The notes under the pieces: generated by a model
What the model saw: only the letters and a program-made list of their open reading frames with translations
Databases searched by the model: none
Told to the model about the DNA's origin: nothing
Part shown: in pieces, positions 16,200 to 29,991 of the stretch
Position numbering within the stretch: position 1 is the stretch's first letter
Layout: the number at the start of each line of letters is the position of its first letter
Program-made: the position numbers and the translations under genes
Assembly (NCBI GenBank): GCA_964528595.1
Contig: CAZGTM010000011.1
Location: 3,061-67,060 of the forward strand
Direction: 5' to 3'
Origin: an uncultured Rhodospirillaceae bacterium
GTDB taxonomy: Bacteria > Pseudomonadota > Alphaproteobacteria > UBA2966
DNA: 64,000 nucleotides

Positions 16200-17360
16200 T
16201 TAGCCGGGCCGGCCGTCGGGCCTTGGGCTCAGCAGCACCGGCGCATACACCACCACGAATATCGAGAACGCGGCGGTCCACAGAAGGCCGGCGACGTAGT
16301 TGGCTTCGACGCTCAGTCCGGGCGCGATGGACGGCACGATGATCCTGATCAGTGCCGCCGCACTGACGGCGGCATAGGTCCAGGGGATGACGGGCCGGAT
16401 GTCGAGCGGCCGTCCGGTGTGACCCAGGGCAACGCGTGTCATCATGCCCAGGGTGAGGGAGCCCACGGCGCCCAGCGTCAGCGCGTGCAGCGCCGTGGCC
16501 ATGGGCAGGAAGTCGGTTAGTGCCGCGATGCCGCGCAAGGCAAAGCCCACAACGACCCAGAGGTAGGCCAGATGCAGGATCCAAAGGATAGGCGTCTTGA
16601 GCGTCGCCATGCCGCCCCAGCCCGACAGCCGGATGCCGTTGGCTAGGGCGGCGGCAAGGCAAAGCAGTCCGATCGCGATGTTCGGCGCCGCGACAAGGTC
16701 GGCGGCGGCGACGGCCAGGACCAGCGTCACGGCGGCCTTGTCGGCGGCGGGCCGCAGCACCGGCTGGGTGCCTAAGGCGTTGCGCGTAAAGGCCGGCGTA
16801 ATTCGTCCGCCCACCATGACCATGATCAGCAGGACCAGGTCGAGGGCGGCGTAAAGGGCGGCGGTGGCGAAACCGTCGATGTAACCGAGCGCCTCCAGGT
16901 GAATGATCAGGTTGGCCACGGCCATGAGCCCGAGCAGGACGGTAAACGCGGTATTGGCGAACCTGCCCGCCTTCAGAAGCGCCGGCAGCAGGACCAGGGC
17001 GACCCCCGGCAGGAACAGCAGGTCGGCCAGGGCGACCAGCGGGCCGGGCAGGGCGTCGGCAAACAGGAGGGCGAGACGCCCGGCCAGCCAGAACGCGGCC
17101 AGCAGGGCAAGCGGCGCGCCCTTGATGTTCGCCGTGCCCGTCCAGTTGGCCACCGCGGTGAGGAGAAAGCCGGCAATCACGGCGGCCGAATAGCCGAAGA
17201 TCAACTCATGGCCGTGCCAGCCCACAGCGCCGAGGTAGCCGGGGGCGCTGATGACGCCCTGCAGCATGACGACCCAGATGGGGATCAGCACGGCGGCGGC
17301 GATGCCGCCGAATAAAAAGAAGACGCGGAAGCCATAGGTGAAGAGAATTCTGTCGAACAT
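16200..17360 (-). CDS. nnrS: NnrS family membrane protein
   Basis: GFRVFFL, WHGHELIFGY, GFLLTAVANWTG, GGRITPAFT, MMTRVALGHTGR, PRPDGRPG C-terminus. Confidence 0.93.
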   Translation of the reverse strand: MFDRILFTYGFRVFFLFGGIAAAVLIPIWVVMLQGVISAPGYLGAVGWHGHELIFGYSAAVIAGFLLTAVANWTGTANIKGAPLALLAAFWLAGRLALLFADALPGPLVALADLLFLPGVALVLLPALLKAGRFANTAFTVLLGLMAVANLIIHLEALGYIDGFATAALYAALDLVLLIMVMVGGRITPAFTRNALGTQPVLRPAADKAAVTLVLAVAAADLVAAPNIAIGLLCLAAALANGIRLSGWGGMATLKTPILWILHLAYLWVVVGFALRGIAALTDFLPMATALHALTLGAVGSLTLGMMTRVALGHTGRPLDIRPVIPWTYAAVSAAALIRIIVPSIAPGLSVEANYVAGLLWTAAFSIFVVVYAPVLLSPRPDGRPG

Positions 17361-17486
17361 CGAAGGGGTACCGTTGAGAGATGAACTAAAGCGATTTCCG
17401 ATTAATCGGAAACGCCTCGCCTCATGTTTGCGAGGCAGCGAAATGTGTTAACAGCCCTCGGTGTTTCAAGCAAAACTTGAACCACC

Positions 17487-18481
17487 CTAGGCGTCAGCGC
17501 GGAAGCTGGCCTGACTGCCGTTGGTAAACGTGACAAGGGCGGCCTCGCCGCCGGCCTGGCGCAACATTTGGGAAATGGTGTCGGGCGGCATCATCGTCAA
17601 TGCCGTCGAAAGCGCATCGGCAATCGTTGCGGTTTTCGCGATGACCGAAACCGAGCGGTAGCGAACCGGCGACAGACCGTTGCGCGGATCGATCAGATGG
17701 TGGAACCGGCCCCGCGCATCAAAACGCAGGCCGGCGCCGCTGGACGTCGCGATCGCTCCGCCGGACAAGGGCACAATCGATCCCGTCACGGGCGGGGTGT
17801 TACCGTCCGCCAAGGCGATGCGCCAGGGCTGGCCGGGCGCGCGCGGACCCAGGGCCCGATATTCGCCGAGATTGATCAGCACATGGCGAAGACCGGCGGA
17901 CCGCAAAAGATCGGCGATGCGGTCGGTAATGAAGCCCTGGGCGATGCCGTTGAAGGTGAGCGCCTGTCCCGGTCCCAACCGGACGGCGGCGGGGGCGGCT
18001 GAGATCCGCCGCCAGTCCACCCGGCGCAGTGTCCGGTCGACGGACGCGCGGGACGGGCCCTCGGCCGACGCTTTGGGATTTTCGAAGTGACCGGCATACA
18101 AGCGCCACAAGGGCTGCACGGTGGGATCGAACGCGCCGTTCGACAGGCGGGAGATATTAATGGCATCCCCGAGCAGCCGCAGCATGTCGGCGGAGGGGGC
18201 CTCGAGCTCGCCCGCCGCGTTCAGCCTGCGCAATGCGGAGGCCTCCTGGAAGAGGCTGAATTCCGCCTCCAGTCGCCTGATTTCAGCGACGCAGGCGGTA
18301 ATCACCTCCGCTGCCCGCCGTTCTTCAAGGCCGACGATCTTGATGCTGGCCTGGGTGCCCAGCGCCGCGCCCCGCCATTGCCGCATGAGGCGTCCCGAAG
18401 CGGCTGTGGCGCCGGCCGGCAGCAGGGCGGCGCCCGCGGCGGCGGCGGTCAGCGAAATGGCGCGGCGGCGGCTGATGGGGG

Positions 18482-18485
<4 letters not shown>
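17487..18485 (-). CDS. nirX: FAD:protein FMN transferase (ApbE/NosX/NirX)
   Basis: Tat-like signal MTPISRRRAI, ALGT, GAFDPTVQPLW, NGIAQG, ATSS, HLIDP, ADALSTAL; ATGA overlap with the upstream NirI/NosR gene. Confidence 0.88.
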
Positions 18486-22694
<4,209 letters not shown>

Positions 22695-22704
22695 CGGGTC
22701 TCCG

Positions 22705-22730
22705 CCGGGCGGGGTTTCGGCTCCGCCCGG
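22705..22730 (+). terminator. GC-rich hairpin after nirS (terminator or mRNA stabiliser)
   Basis: CCGGGCGGGG-tttcgg-CTCCGCCCGG just after the stop; weak U-tract. Confidence 0.55.
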
Positions 22731-22777
22731 TCGGGCCTTTGGTCAATGTGAAATGTTTTATCCCGTGGGGGGATGAG

Positions 22778-23599
22778 ATGAAAAAAACAGCACCCGGCAG
22801 GTCATCAGATGCGGCGAACGTCTTTCTCGTGGGCGCCGGTCCGGGCGACCCCGAGCTTCTGACGGTCAAAGCCCTGAGGCTCATACAATCGGCGGAGGTC
22901 GTGGTTTACGACCGCCTCGTCGGTCCCGAAATTCTCGATCTTATTCCGGTCGGCGCCAGCCGCATCAATGCGGGCAAGGCCGCCGGCGCGCATCACCTGC
23001 CGCAGGATGAGATCAATCAGACCCTGGTCCGCCTGGGACGTAGCGGCCGCCGCACCGTCCGCCTCAAGGGCGGCGATCCCTTCGTCTTCGGGCGCGGTTC
23101 CGAGGAAGCCCTGGAGCTCGTCGCCGCCGGCATCCCGTTTGAGGTCGTGCCCGGTATCAGCGCCGCCACCGGCGCCAGCGCTTATGCCGGCATTCCGCTC
23201 ACCCATCGTGGGTTGGCGCGCAGCGTCCGTTTTGTCACCGGCCACTGCCGCGAAGACAAACCGCTGGATCTCAACTGGCAGAGCCTGGCTGATGCCGACA
23301 CCACGCTGGTCGTCTATATGGGCCTGGCCAACCTCAAGGAAATTTCGCGCCATCTTATCGAGCACGGCCTGGCCGGGTCGACCCCGGCCGCAGCCATCGA
23401 AAACGGCACGACGAGCGGCCAGCGCCGGCTGGTCTCGACCTTGGCCGAGCTGCCGGGCGACGTGACGGCGCAGGAATTCCGTGCGCCTTGCCTGCTGGTC
23501 ATCGGCCGGGTGGTCGAGCTTGCGGGCGCTCTCGATTGGTTCGCCGACGCCGGGACAGGCGCGGCGGAACTGGACAATGTCTTGGTCGCGGCTCAATAG
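22778..23599 (+). CDS. nirE: Uroporphyrinogen-III C-methyltransferase (heme d1 synthesis)
   Basis: LVGAGPGDPELLT, RLKGGDPFVFGRG, VPGISA, GIPLTHRG; position after nirS. Confidence 0.93.
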   Translation: MKKTAPGRSSDAANVFLVGAGPGDPELLTVKALRLIQSAEVVVYDRLVGPEILDLIPVGASRINAGKAAGAHHLPQDEINQTLVRLGRSGRRTVRLKGGDPFVFGRGSEEALELVAAGIPFEVVPGISAATGASAYAGIPLTHRGLARSVRFVTGHCREDKPLDLNWQSLADADTTLVVYMGLANLKEISRHLIEHGLAGSTPAAAIENGTTSGQRRLVSTLAELPGDVTAQEFRAPCLLVIGRVVELAGALDWFADAGTGAAELDNVLVAAQ

Positions 23600-23909
23600 C
23601 GCCCTCCTCGCATTGCTGATACTCGGGGGGGTATCTCAAGCGGCAGCGGCCGAAATGACTCCGCCGCGCCAGGCGGAGCTCGGCGTCCTGCTGGAACAGG
23701 ATTGCGGCTCGTGCCATGGTCTGACGCGCCGCGGCGGACTGGGGTCTCCCCTGATGCCCGAAGCCCTCGAACATTTTACGGACGACGCCTTGATTGAAAT
23801 AATTCTGGACGGCGTGCCCGGTACGCCGATGCCGCCGTGGCGGCCGTTCCTCACGCACGAGGAGGTGGCCTGGCTGGTCGCCAGATTACGCAAAGGACTG
23901 AAACAATGA
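23577..23909 (+). CDS. nirC: Cytochrome c55X
   Basis: Signal peptide, QDCGSCHG, GGLGSPL, GVPGTPMPPW. Confidence 0.92.
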   Translation: MSWSRLNSALLALLILGGVSQAAAAEMTPPRQAELGVLLEQDCGSCHGLTRRGGLGSPLMPEALEHFTDDALIEIILDGVPGTPMPPWRPFLTHEEVAWLVARLRKGLKQ

Positions 23910-25075
23910 CCGGTCCGCGCCTCGCCTTCGTTTCGCTGTGCGCCCTGCTGGCCGCCGCCTGCACGGAAGTGCGCGGCACCGGCGACCTCGGCATCGTCAT
24001 CGAACGCGCCGACGGCAACGTCCAGATCGTCGACAATTCGACGCGCACGAGCCTGGCCAGCGTTTCCGGTCTGGGCGATCTTTCCCATGCCTCGGCGGTT
24101 TATTCGCGCGATGCCCGCTATGCCTTCATCTTCGGCCGTGACGGCGGATTGACCAAGGTGGACCTGTTGGAACGCCGCATCACGGGCCGCACCATCCAGG
24201 CCGGAAACTCCATCGGCGGCGCCATCTCCCAGGACGGCAAGCTGGTCGCCGTGTCCAACTACAAGCCGGGCGGCGTACGTATTTTCGACACGGAAACGCT
24301 CGAGATGGTGGCCGACATCCCGGCCATCGGCGCCGACGGCGAACAATCGAAGACCGTCGGCCTGGTCGACGCACCGGGCCAGCGCTTCGTCTTCGGGCTT
24401 TACGACGCCGGTGAGATCTGGGTGGTCGACATGACCGACCCGGCCCAGCCGGCGATCACCAAGATGACCGACATCGGCAAGCTGCCTTACGACGGCCTGA
24501 TCACGCCGGACGGGCGTTGGTACGTCGCCGGCCTGTTCGGCGAGGACGGTCTGGCCATGGTCGATCTTTGGAATGTCGAAGCCGGCGCCAAGCGCATCCT
24601 TTCGGGTTACGGCCGGGGCGGCAAGAAGATGCCGGTCTACAAGATGCCGCACCTCGAAGGCTGGGCGATGGCCGACGGCCACGCCTTCTTCCCCGCCATC
24701 GGCCACCACGAAGTGTTGATCGCCGAAGCCGGTTCCTGGAACGAGGTCGGGCGCATCGCCGTCCACGGCCAGCCGGTGTTCGTCATGGCGCGGCCCGACG
24801 GGCGGCAGATCTGGGTCAACTTCGCCTTCCCCGACAACGACACCATTCAGGTCATCGACGTGCCGAGCCGCCGCATCGTTAAGACCTTGAAGCCCGGCCC
24901 CGCCGTGCTGCATATGGAATTCACGCCGCGCGGCGAGGAAGTCTGGCTCTCGGTGCGCGACGCCGGCAAGGTCGTGGTTTACGACACCAGGACGTTCGAG
25001 CAGCGCGCCAGCCTCAAGGCGGCAAAGCCCAGCGGTATATTCTTCACCAGCCGCGCCCACCGGATCGGCTTGTAG
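23906..25075 (+). CDS. nirF: Heme d1 biosynthesis lipoprotein NirF
   Basis: Lipobox LAAAC, RGTGDLG, GLGDLSHAS, YKMPHLEGW, PSGIFFTSRAHRIGL. Confidence 0.94.
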   Translation: MTGPRLAFVSLCALLAAACTEVRGTGDLGIVIERADGNVQIVDNSTRTSLASVSGLGDLSHASAVYSRDARYAFIFGRDGGLTKVDLLERRITGRTIQAGNSIGGAISQDGKLVAVSNYKPGGVRIFDTETLEMVADIPAIGADGEQSKTVGLVDAPGQRFVFGLYDAGEIWVVDMTDPAQPAITKMTDIGKLPYDGLITPDGRWYVAGLFGEDGLAMVDLWNVEAGAKRILSGYGRGGKKMPVYKMPHLEGWAMADGHAFFPAIGHHEVLIAEAGSWNEVGRIAVHGQPVFVMARPDGRQIWVNFAFPDNDTIQVIDVPSRRIVKTLKPGPAVLHMEFTPRGEEVWLSVRDAGKVVVYDTRTFEQRASLKAAKPSGIFFTSRAHRIGL

Positions 25076-25085
25076 GGGACGCGGC

Positions 25086-26078
25086 ATGGCGCGGGATACC
25101 GCTCACCAGCTCCTGAACGATTATCAACGGGATTTTCCGTTGGTGGCGCAACCCTATGCCGTCATCGCCCACGAGCTTGGTTTGACCGAGGCCGAGGTCA
25201 TGTCGGGCCTCGGGGAGCTCAAGGAAGCGGGGTCGGTCAGCCGCATCGGCGCCACCTTGCGGCCCGGCGCCATCGGTGCTGCGACGCTTGCCGCATTGAA
25301 CGCGCCGGCGGATCAGCTCGAAGCCGTGGCCGGACTGGTCAGCGCCTATGACGAGGTCAACCACAACTACGAACGGGAGCACGATTATAATCTCTGGTTC
25401 GTCGTGACCGCCGCCAGCAAGGCCGGCGTCGCCCGCGTCCTCGCCGATATCGAGGGGCGGACCGGACTGGCGGTGCTCGACCTGCCTATGGTGCGGGACT
25501 ATTTCATCGATCTCGGCTTCGACATCGACGGCCGCGACGAAGATATCGCGCCCTGCATGCCGGCGGCCCAGCCGCCGCCGCCGGATGCCCGCGATCGCGA
25601 TCTCCTGGGTGTGCTCGAGGCCGGTTTGCCGCTGGTGCCCGAGCCCTACGAGGAAATCGGCGCGGCCTGCGGGATGACCGGCGAGGCGGTCATTTTCCGC
25701 CTGCGCGCCCTACAGCAGGCCTGCACCATCCGGCGCTTCGGCGTCATCGTGCGCCACCACGAACTGGGTTTTCAGGCCAACGCCATGACGGTCTGGCAGG
25801 TCGCCGAGGACCAGGTGGACAAGGTCGGCGCGCGCCTGGGCGAACTACCATACGTGCGGCTCTGCTATCAGCGCCGGCCCGACCCCAACTGGCCTTACAA
25901 TCTTTACGCCATGGTGCACGGCCGCGACCGGGACATCGTCAAGTCCCAGGTGGCCGAAGCCGCAAAGCACTGCGGCCTCGAGGACGTGCCCCAGGACGTC
26001 CTGTTCAGCACGCGGCGCTTCAAGCAGCGCGGCGCGCACTACCTCGGCCGCACCGGCCGGGGGGAGGCGGCGGAATGA
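25086..26078 (+). CDS. nirD: Siroheme decarboxylase, fused NirD-NirL
   Basis: Two Lrp/AsnC-like modules (QRDFPL...VNHNYERE...NLWFV; GLPLVPEPY...HHELGFQANAM...WPYNLYAMVHG...FKQRGA). Confidence 0.9.
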   Translation: MARDTAHQLLNDYQRDFPLVAQPYAVIAHELGLTEAEVMSGLGELKEAGSVSRIGATLRPGAIGAATLAALNAPADQLEAVAGLVSAYDEVNHNYEREHDYNLWFVVTAASKAGVARVLADIEGRTGLAVLDLPMVRDYFIDLGFDIDGRDEDIAPCMPAAQPPPPDARDRDLLGVLEAGLPLVPEPYEEIGAACGMTGEAVIFRLRALQQACTIRRFGVIVRHHELGFQANAMTVWQVAEDQVDKVGARLGELPYVRLCYQRRPDPNWPYNLYAMVHGRDRDIVKSQVAEAAKHCGLEDVPQDVLFSTRRFKQRGAHYLGRTGRGEAAE

Positions 26079-26554
26079 CGACGCCCGACGACACGACATT
26101 GCTGGCCAGCCTGGACGACACCGACCGGGCGATCATCAACGCCCTGCAGCGCGGCTTTCCCATCGCGGAAAACCCGTACGCCGAGGCCGCCAGCCAGTTT
26201 GGCCTGAGCGAAGACCAGCTGATCGAGCGTCTGCAACGGCTGCTCGATGACGGGGTTTTGAGCCGCTTCGGTCCGATGTATCACGCCGAGCGCCTCGGCG
26301 GCGAACTGACGCTGGCCGCCATGAAGGTGCCGCAGGCGCGCTTCGATGCGGTGGCCGAGCAGGTCAACGCCCACGACGAGGTGGCCCACAACTACGCCCG
26401 GGACGACGATTTCAACATGTGGTTCGTCGTCGCCACCGACACGCCCGGCCGCATTGCCGAGGTGATCGGCGAAATCGAGGCCGAAACCGGCCTCGCCGTC
26501 CACGACATGCCGAAGACCGACGAGTATTTCGTCGGCCTGCACTTCGAGGTTTAG
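26075..26554 (+). CDS. nirG: Siroheme decarboxylase subunit NirG
   Basis: QRGFPI, SRFGPMY, VAHNYAR, NMWFV; gene order. Confidence 0.9.
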   Translation: MTTPDDTTLLASLDDTDRAIINALQRGFPIAENPYAEAASQFGLSEDQLIERLQRLLDDGVLSRFGPMYHAERLGGELTLAAMKVPQARFDAVAEQVNAHDEVAHNYARDDDFNMWFVVATDTPGRIAEVIGEIEAETGLAVHDMPKTDEYFVGLHFEV

Positions 26555-26557
26555 GCC

Positions 26558-27088
26558 ATGAGCAGCGCCGGCGAATTCGACACCGAAACAGGCCTGGATG
26601 CCGTCGACCGCCTGATCGTGGCGGCGACGCAGCAGGGCCTGCCGTTGACGCCCCGGCCCTACCACGACATCGCCGAGCAACTGGGCCTGACGGGACCGGA
26701 GGTCATGGCGCGCCTGGAGGCGATGCTTGAGGCCGGCATCATCCGCCGCATCGCCGCCGTGCCCAATCATTACAAGCTGGGTTACCGCGGCAACGGCATG
26801 AGCGTCTGGAACGTCTCGGACGAGGACGCCGATGCGGCGGGGCGGGAAATCGGCGCGCTCGATTTCGTCAGCCACTGTTACCGCCGGCCGCGCCATTTGC
26901 CCGACTGGCCCTACAACCTGTTCGCCATGGTGCACGGCCGAGACCGCGCGGCGGTCCACGATCAAGTGGCCCAGATCGCGGACCTGCTGGGTGCCCGCGA
27001 CCGGAGCCACAAGGTGCTGTTCAGCACGGCAATTTTAAAGAAGACCGGCTTTCGTATGGGCCCGCCCAAATCCGGTGATCGGAGGTAG
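26558..27088 (+). CDS. nirH: Siroheme decarboxylase subunit NirH
   Basis: VPNHYKLG, NGMSVW, VSHCYRRPR, WPYNLFAMVHG, LKKTG. Confidence 0.92.
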   Translation: MSSAGEFDTETGLDAVDRLIVAATQQGLPLTPRPYHDIAEQLGLTGPEVMARLEAMLEAGIIRRIAAVPNHYKLGYRGNGMSVWNVSDEDADAAGREIGALDFVSHCYRRPRHLPDWPYNLFAMVHGRDRAAVHDQVAQIADLLGARDRSHKVLFSTAILKKTGFRMGPPKSGDRR

Positions 27089-27091
27089 CCC

Positions 27092-28309
27092 ATGTTCCGC
27101 GTTTCCCAATACATGCGAACCCTGGCCGGCAACGCGCCCGAAACCCGGCGCGGCAGCGGTGGCGGATCGCCGCCGGGTCCCGTCGTCATCTGGAACCTGA
27201 TCCGGCGCTGCAACCTGACCTGCAAGCACTGCTATTCGATTTCCGCCGACAAGGACTTCACTGGCGAATTGTCGACCGATGAGATCTTCGGCGTGATGGA
27301 CGATCTCAGGGAATTCCGCGTGCCCGTGCTGATCCTCTCGGGCGGCGAGCCCCTGCTGCGGCCCGATATTTTCGATATCTCCCGGCGCGCCAAGGCCAAG
27401 GGCTTCTACGTCGGGTTGTCGACCAACGGCACCCTGATCGACGCCGACAACATCGACGCCATCGCCGAGGTCGGCTACGACTACGTCGGCGTTTCCATCG
27501 ACGGCCTGCAGGCGACCCACGACACCTTCCGGCGCAAGGCCGGCGCCTACGACCAGTCCATGCGCGGCATCGCGCTGTGTCAGGACCGCGACCTGCGCGT
27601 CGGCCTGCGCTTTACCATGACGCAGGACAACGCCCACGAACTGCCCGAGATGATGGACAAGATGGAGGCCGACGGCATCGACCGCTTCTACCTCTCGCAC
27701 CTCAACTACGCCGGCCGCGGCAACCACAACCGGGGTTCCGACGCCGTCTTCCAGGCCACGCGCGAGGCGCTCGACATGCTGTTCGACCGGGCCTGGAAAG
27801 ATGCCGAAGCCGGCGGGATGCGCGATTACGTCACCGGCAACAACGACGCCGACGCCATCTACTTCCTGATGTGGGTGGAGCGCAACATGCCCGAGCGCCT
27901 CAACGATATTCGCCCGATGCTGGAGCGCTGGGGCGGTAATTCCTCGGGCGTCAACATCGCCAACATCGACAACCTGGGCAATGTCCATCCCGACACCATG
28001 TGGTGGCATCACACCCTGGGCAACGTGCGGGAACGGGCGTTCTCCGAGATCTGGCGGGACACCTCCGATCCGCTGATGGCGGGCCTCAAACAATCGCCCC
28101 GCAAGGTCAAGGGCCGCTGCGCCGGCTGCGCCCATTTCAGCATCTGCGGCGGCAATACCCGCGTGCGGGCCTACCAGCTGACCGGCGACGCCTGGGCCGA
28201 GGACCCGGGTTGTTACCTTTCGGACGAGGAGATCGGGGTCTCGGGTGGCGGCGACCGCCTCAAAGTCGTACCTTTCTCCGCGACACGGGGAAAACGAAGG
28301 ACCGCCTGA
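27092..28309 (+). CDS. nirJ: Heme d1 biosynthesis radical SAM protein
   Basis: MFRVSQYM, GPVVIWNLIRRCNLTCKHCY, SPASM Cys, WAEDPGCYL. Confidence 0.96.
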   Translation: MFRVSQYMRTLAGNAPETRRGSGGGSPPGPVVIWNLIRRCNLTCKHCYSISADKDFTGELSTDEIFGVMDDLREFRVPVLILSGGEPLLRPDIFDISRRAKAKGFYVGLSTNGTLIDADNIDAIAEVGYDYVGVSIDGLQATHDTFRRKAGAYDQSMRGIALCQDRDLRVGLRFTMTQDNAHELPEMMDKMEADGIDRFYLSHLNYAGRGNHNRGSDAVFQATREALDMLFDRAWKDAEAGGMRDYVTGNNDADAIYFLMWVERNMPERLNDIRPMLERWGGNSSGVNIANIDNLGNVHPDTMWWHHTLGNVRERAFSEIWRDTSDPLMAGLKQSPRKVKGRCAGCAHFSICGGNTRVRAYQLTGDAWAEDPGCYLSDEEIGVSGGGDRLKVVPFSATRGKRRTA

Positions 28310-28310
28310 C

Positions 28311-29867
28311 ATGCGCCTATTCGGCATCCTTGCGGTGGCGGCAGGGATTGTGACGGCTTCCGCGACACTGGCGCTGGGCCAGACGCCGCGGCAGAACTAC
28401 GATAATTTCTGCGCCTGGTGCCACGGCGCCGACCGGCTCGGCGGACAGGGCCCGGCGCTGTTGCCGGAAAACTTGAAACGCTTGCGCAAGGCCAAAGCGG
28501 CCGGCGTCATCGCCCGCGGCCGCCCGGCCAGCCAAATGCCGGCCTTCGGGCAACAGCTCTCGAAAGCCGATATCGATGCCCTGGTGACGTTGATCTACAC
28601 GCCGCTTGCGCACATTCCCGACTGGGGTATGGCGGAGATCTCGAAATCGCGTAAATTTATAACGCGCCTGGCGGACCTGCCGAAAGCGCCTCAACACCAG
28701 GCCGATCCCCTTAACCTCTTCACCGTGGTGGAAACCTTCGATCACCACATCACCATCCTCGACGGCGACCGCTTCGAGCCGCTGGCCCGCATGAAGACGC
28801 GCTTCGCGGTGCACGGCGGCGCCAAGTATTCGCCGGACGGCCGCTTCGTCTACCTCGCCTCCCGCGACGGCTGGGTCTCGATGTACGATCTTTGGGGTCT
28901 GCAGCCGGTGGCCGAAATCCGCGCGGGCATCAACACGCGCAACGTGGCGGTCTCGTCGGACGGCAAGTTCCTGATGGTGGCCAACAACCTGCCGCACACC
29001 CTGGTCGCCCTGTCGGCCAGGGACCTGGCGCCGATCAAGGTGATCGACGTGAAAGACAACAAGGGCCGGTCCTCGCGGGTCAGCGCCGTCTACACGGCAC
29101 CGCCGCGCAACAGCTTCGTGGCGGCCCTGAAGGACATCCCGGAGATTTGGGAAATTCCGTACGATCCCGCCATCAAGGTCTACCCCGGCTTGGTGCATAA
29201 TCACGAGGAGGGCATGGAAGAGGCGATCCCCATGCCGGGACCGTTTCCGGTGCGGCGCATCATGCTCGACGATTATCTCGACGATTTCTTCTTCGACCTC
29301 GACTACCGCAACCTGATCGGCGCGGCGCGCAACGCCAAGAACGGCCAGGTCGTGAACCTCAACGTCGGGCGCAAGATCGCCGACATCGAGCTGGCCGGCA
29401 TGCCGCACCTGGGCTCCGGCATCACCTGGCAATATGAAGGCCGCGACGTCATGGCGACGCCGCATTTGCGCGGCGGTCTGGTCAGCGTGATCGACATGCA
29501 ATCGTGGCAGACCATCAAGATCATCGAGACCCTGGGGCCCGGTTTCTTCATGCGCAGTCATGAAAGTTCGCCTTACGCCTGGGTCGACGTTTTTTTCGGC
29601 GACAACCGCGATGTCTTGCACGTCATCGACAAACGCACGCTGAAGATCGTCAAGACCGTCAACCCCGCGCCCGGCCTGACCAACGCCCACGTCGAGTTCG
29701 ACCGCGACGGCAGCCACGCCCTCATCAGCATCTGGGAGAACGACGGCGCCATCGTGATTTACGACGCCAAGACGCTGGCGGAGGTCAAGCGCCTGCCCAT
29801 GAAGAAGCCGAGCGGCAAGTACAACGTCTGGAACAAAACCCGCTACGCCGCCGGCACCAGCCATTAG
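28311..29867 (+). CDS. nirN: Dihydro-heme d1 dehydrogenase NirN
   Basis: CAWCHG heme c, DPLNLF, HGGAKYSPDGRF, GMPHLGSG, GPGFFMRSHE, KPSGKYNV. Confidence 0.93.
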   Translation: MRLFGILAVAAGIVTASATLALGQTPRQNYDNFCAWCHGADRLGGQGPALLPENLKRLRKAKAAGVIARGRPASQMPAFGQQLSKADIDALVTLIYTPLAHIPDWGMAEISKSRKFITRLADLPKAPQHQADPLNLFTVVETFDHHITILDGDRFEPLARMKTRFAVHGGAKYSPDGRFVYLASRDGWVSMYDLWGLQPVAEIRAGINTRNVAVSSDGKFLMVANNLPHTLVALSARDLAPIKVIDVKDNKGRSSRVSAVYTAPPRNSFVAALKDIPEIWEIPYDPAIKVYPGLVHNHEEGMEEAIPMPGPFPVRRIMLDDYLDDFFFDLDYRNLIGAARNAKNGQVVNLNVGRKIADIELAGMPHLGSGITWQYEGRDVMATPHLRGGLVSVIDMQSWQTIKIIETLGPGFFMRSHESSPYAWVDVFFGDNRDVLHVIDKRTLKIVKTVNPAPGLTNAHVEFDRDGSHALISIWENDGAIVIYDAKTLAEVKRLPMKKPSGKYNVWNKTRYAAGTSH

Positions 29868-29868
29868 C

Positions 29869-29908
29869 AATTATTTGGTGTCTTAATTGGTGTCAGGCAC
29901 TTAATTAA
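29869..29908. repeat. REP-like short element GGTGTCAGGCAC with AT-rich flanks, plus a partial duplicate
   Basis: TTAATT-GGTGTCAGGCAC-TTAATTAA directly after the nirN stop; core 10/12 identical to the element at 57836-57866. Confidence 0.45.
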
Positions 29909-29991
29909 GGTTAACGGTTGTTGGCCGTTGGTTTTCAACGCGGCGAAAAGTCTCTAGGCTTTCAGCTTCACCCGACCGGAAAGAGGCTTTC

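Noticed and set aside
22739-22752. TTGGT-caat-GTGAA as an FNR box before nirE
   Set aside because: Two mismatches at conserved positions; not distinguishable from chance
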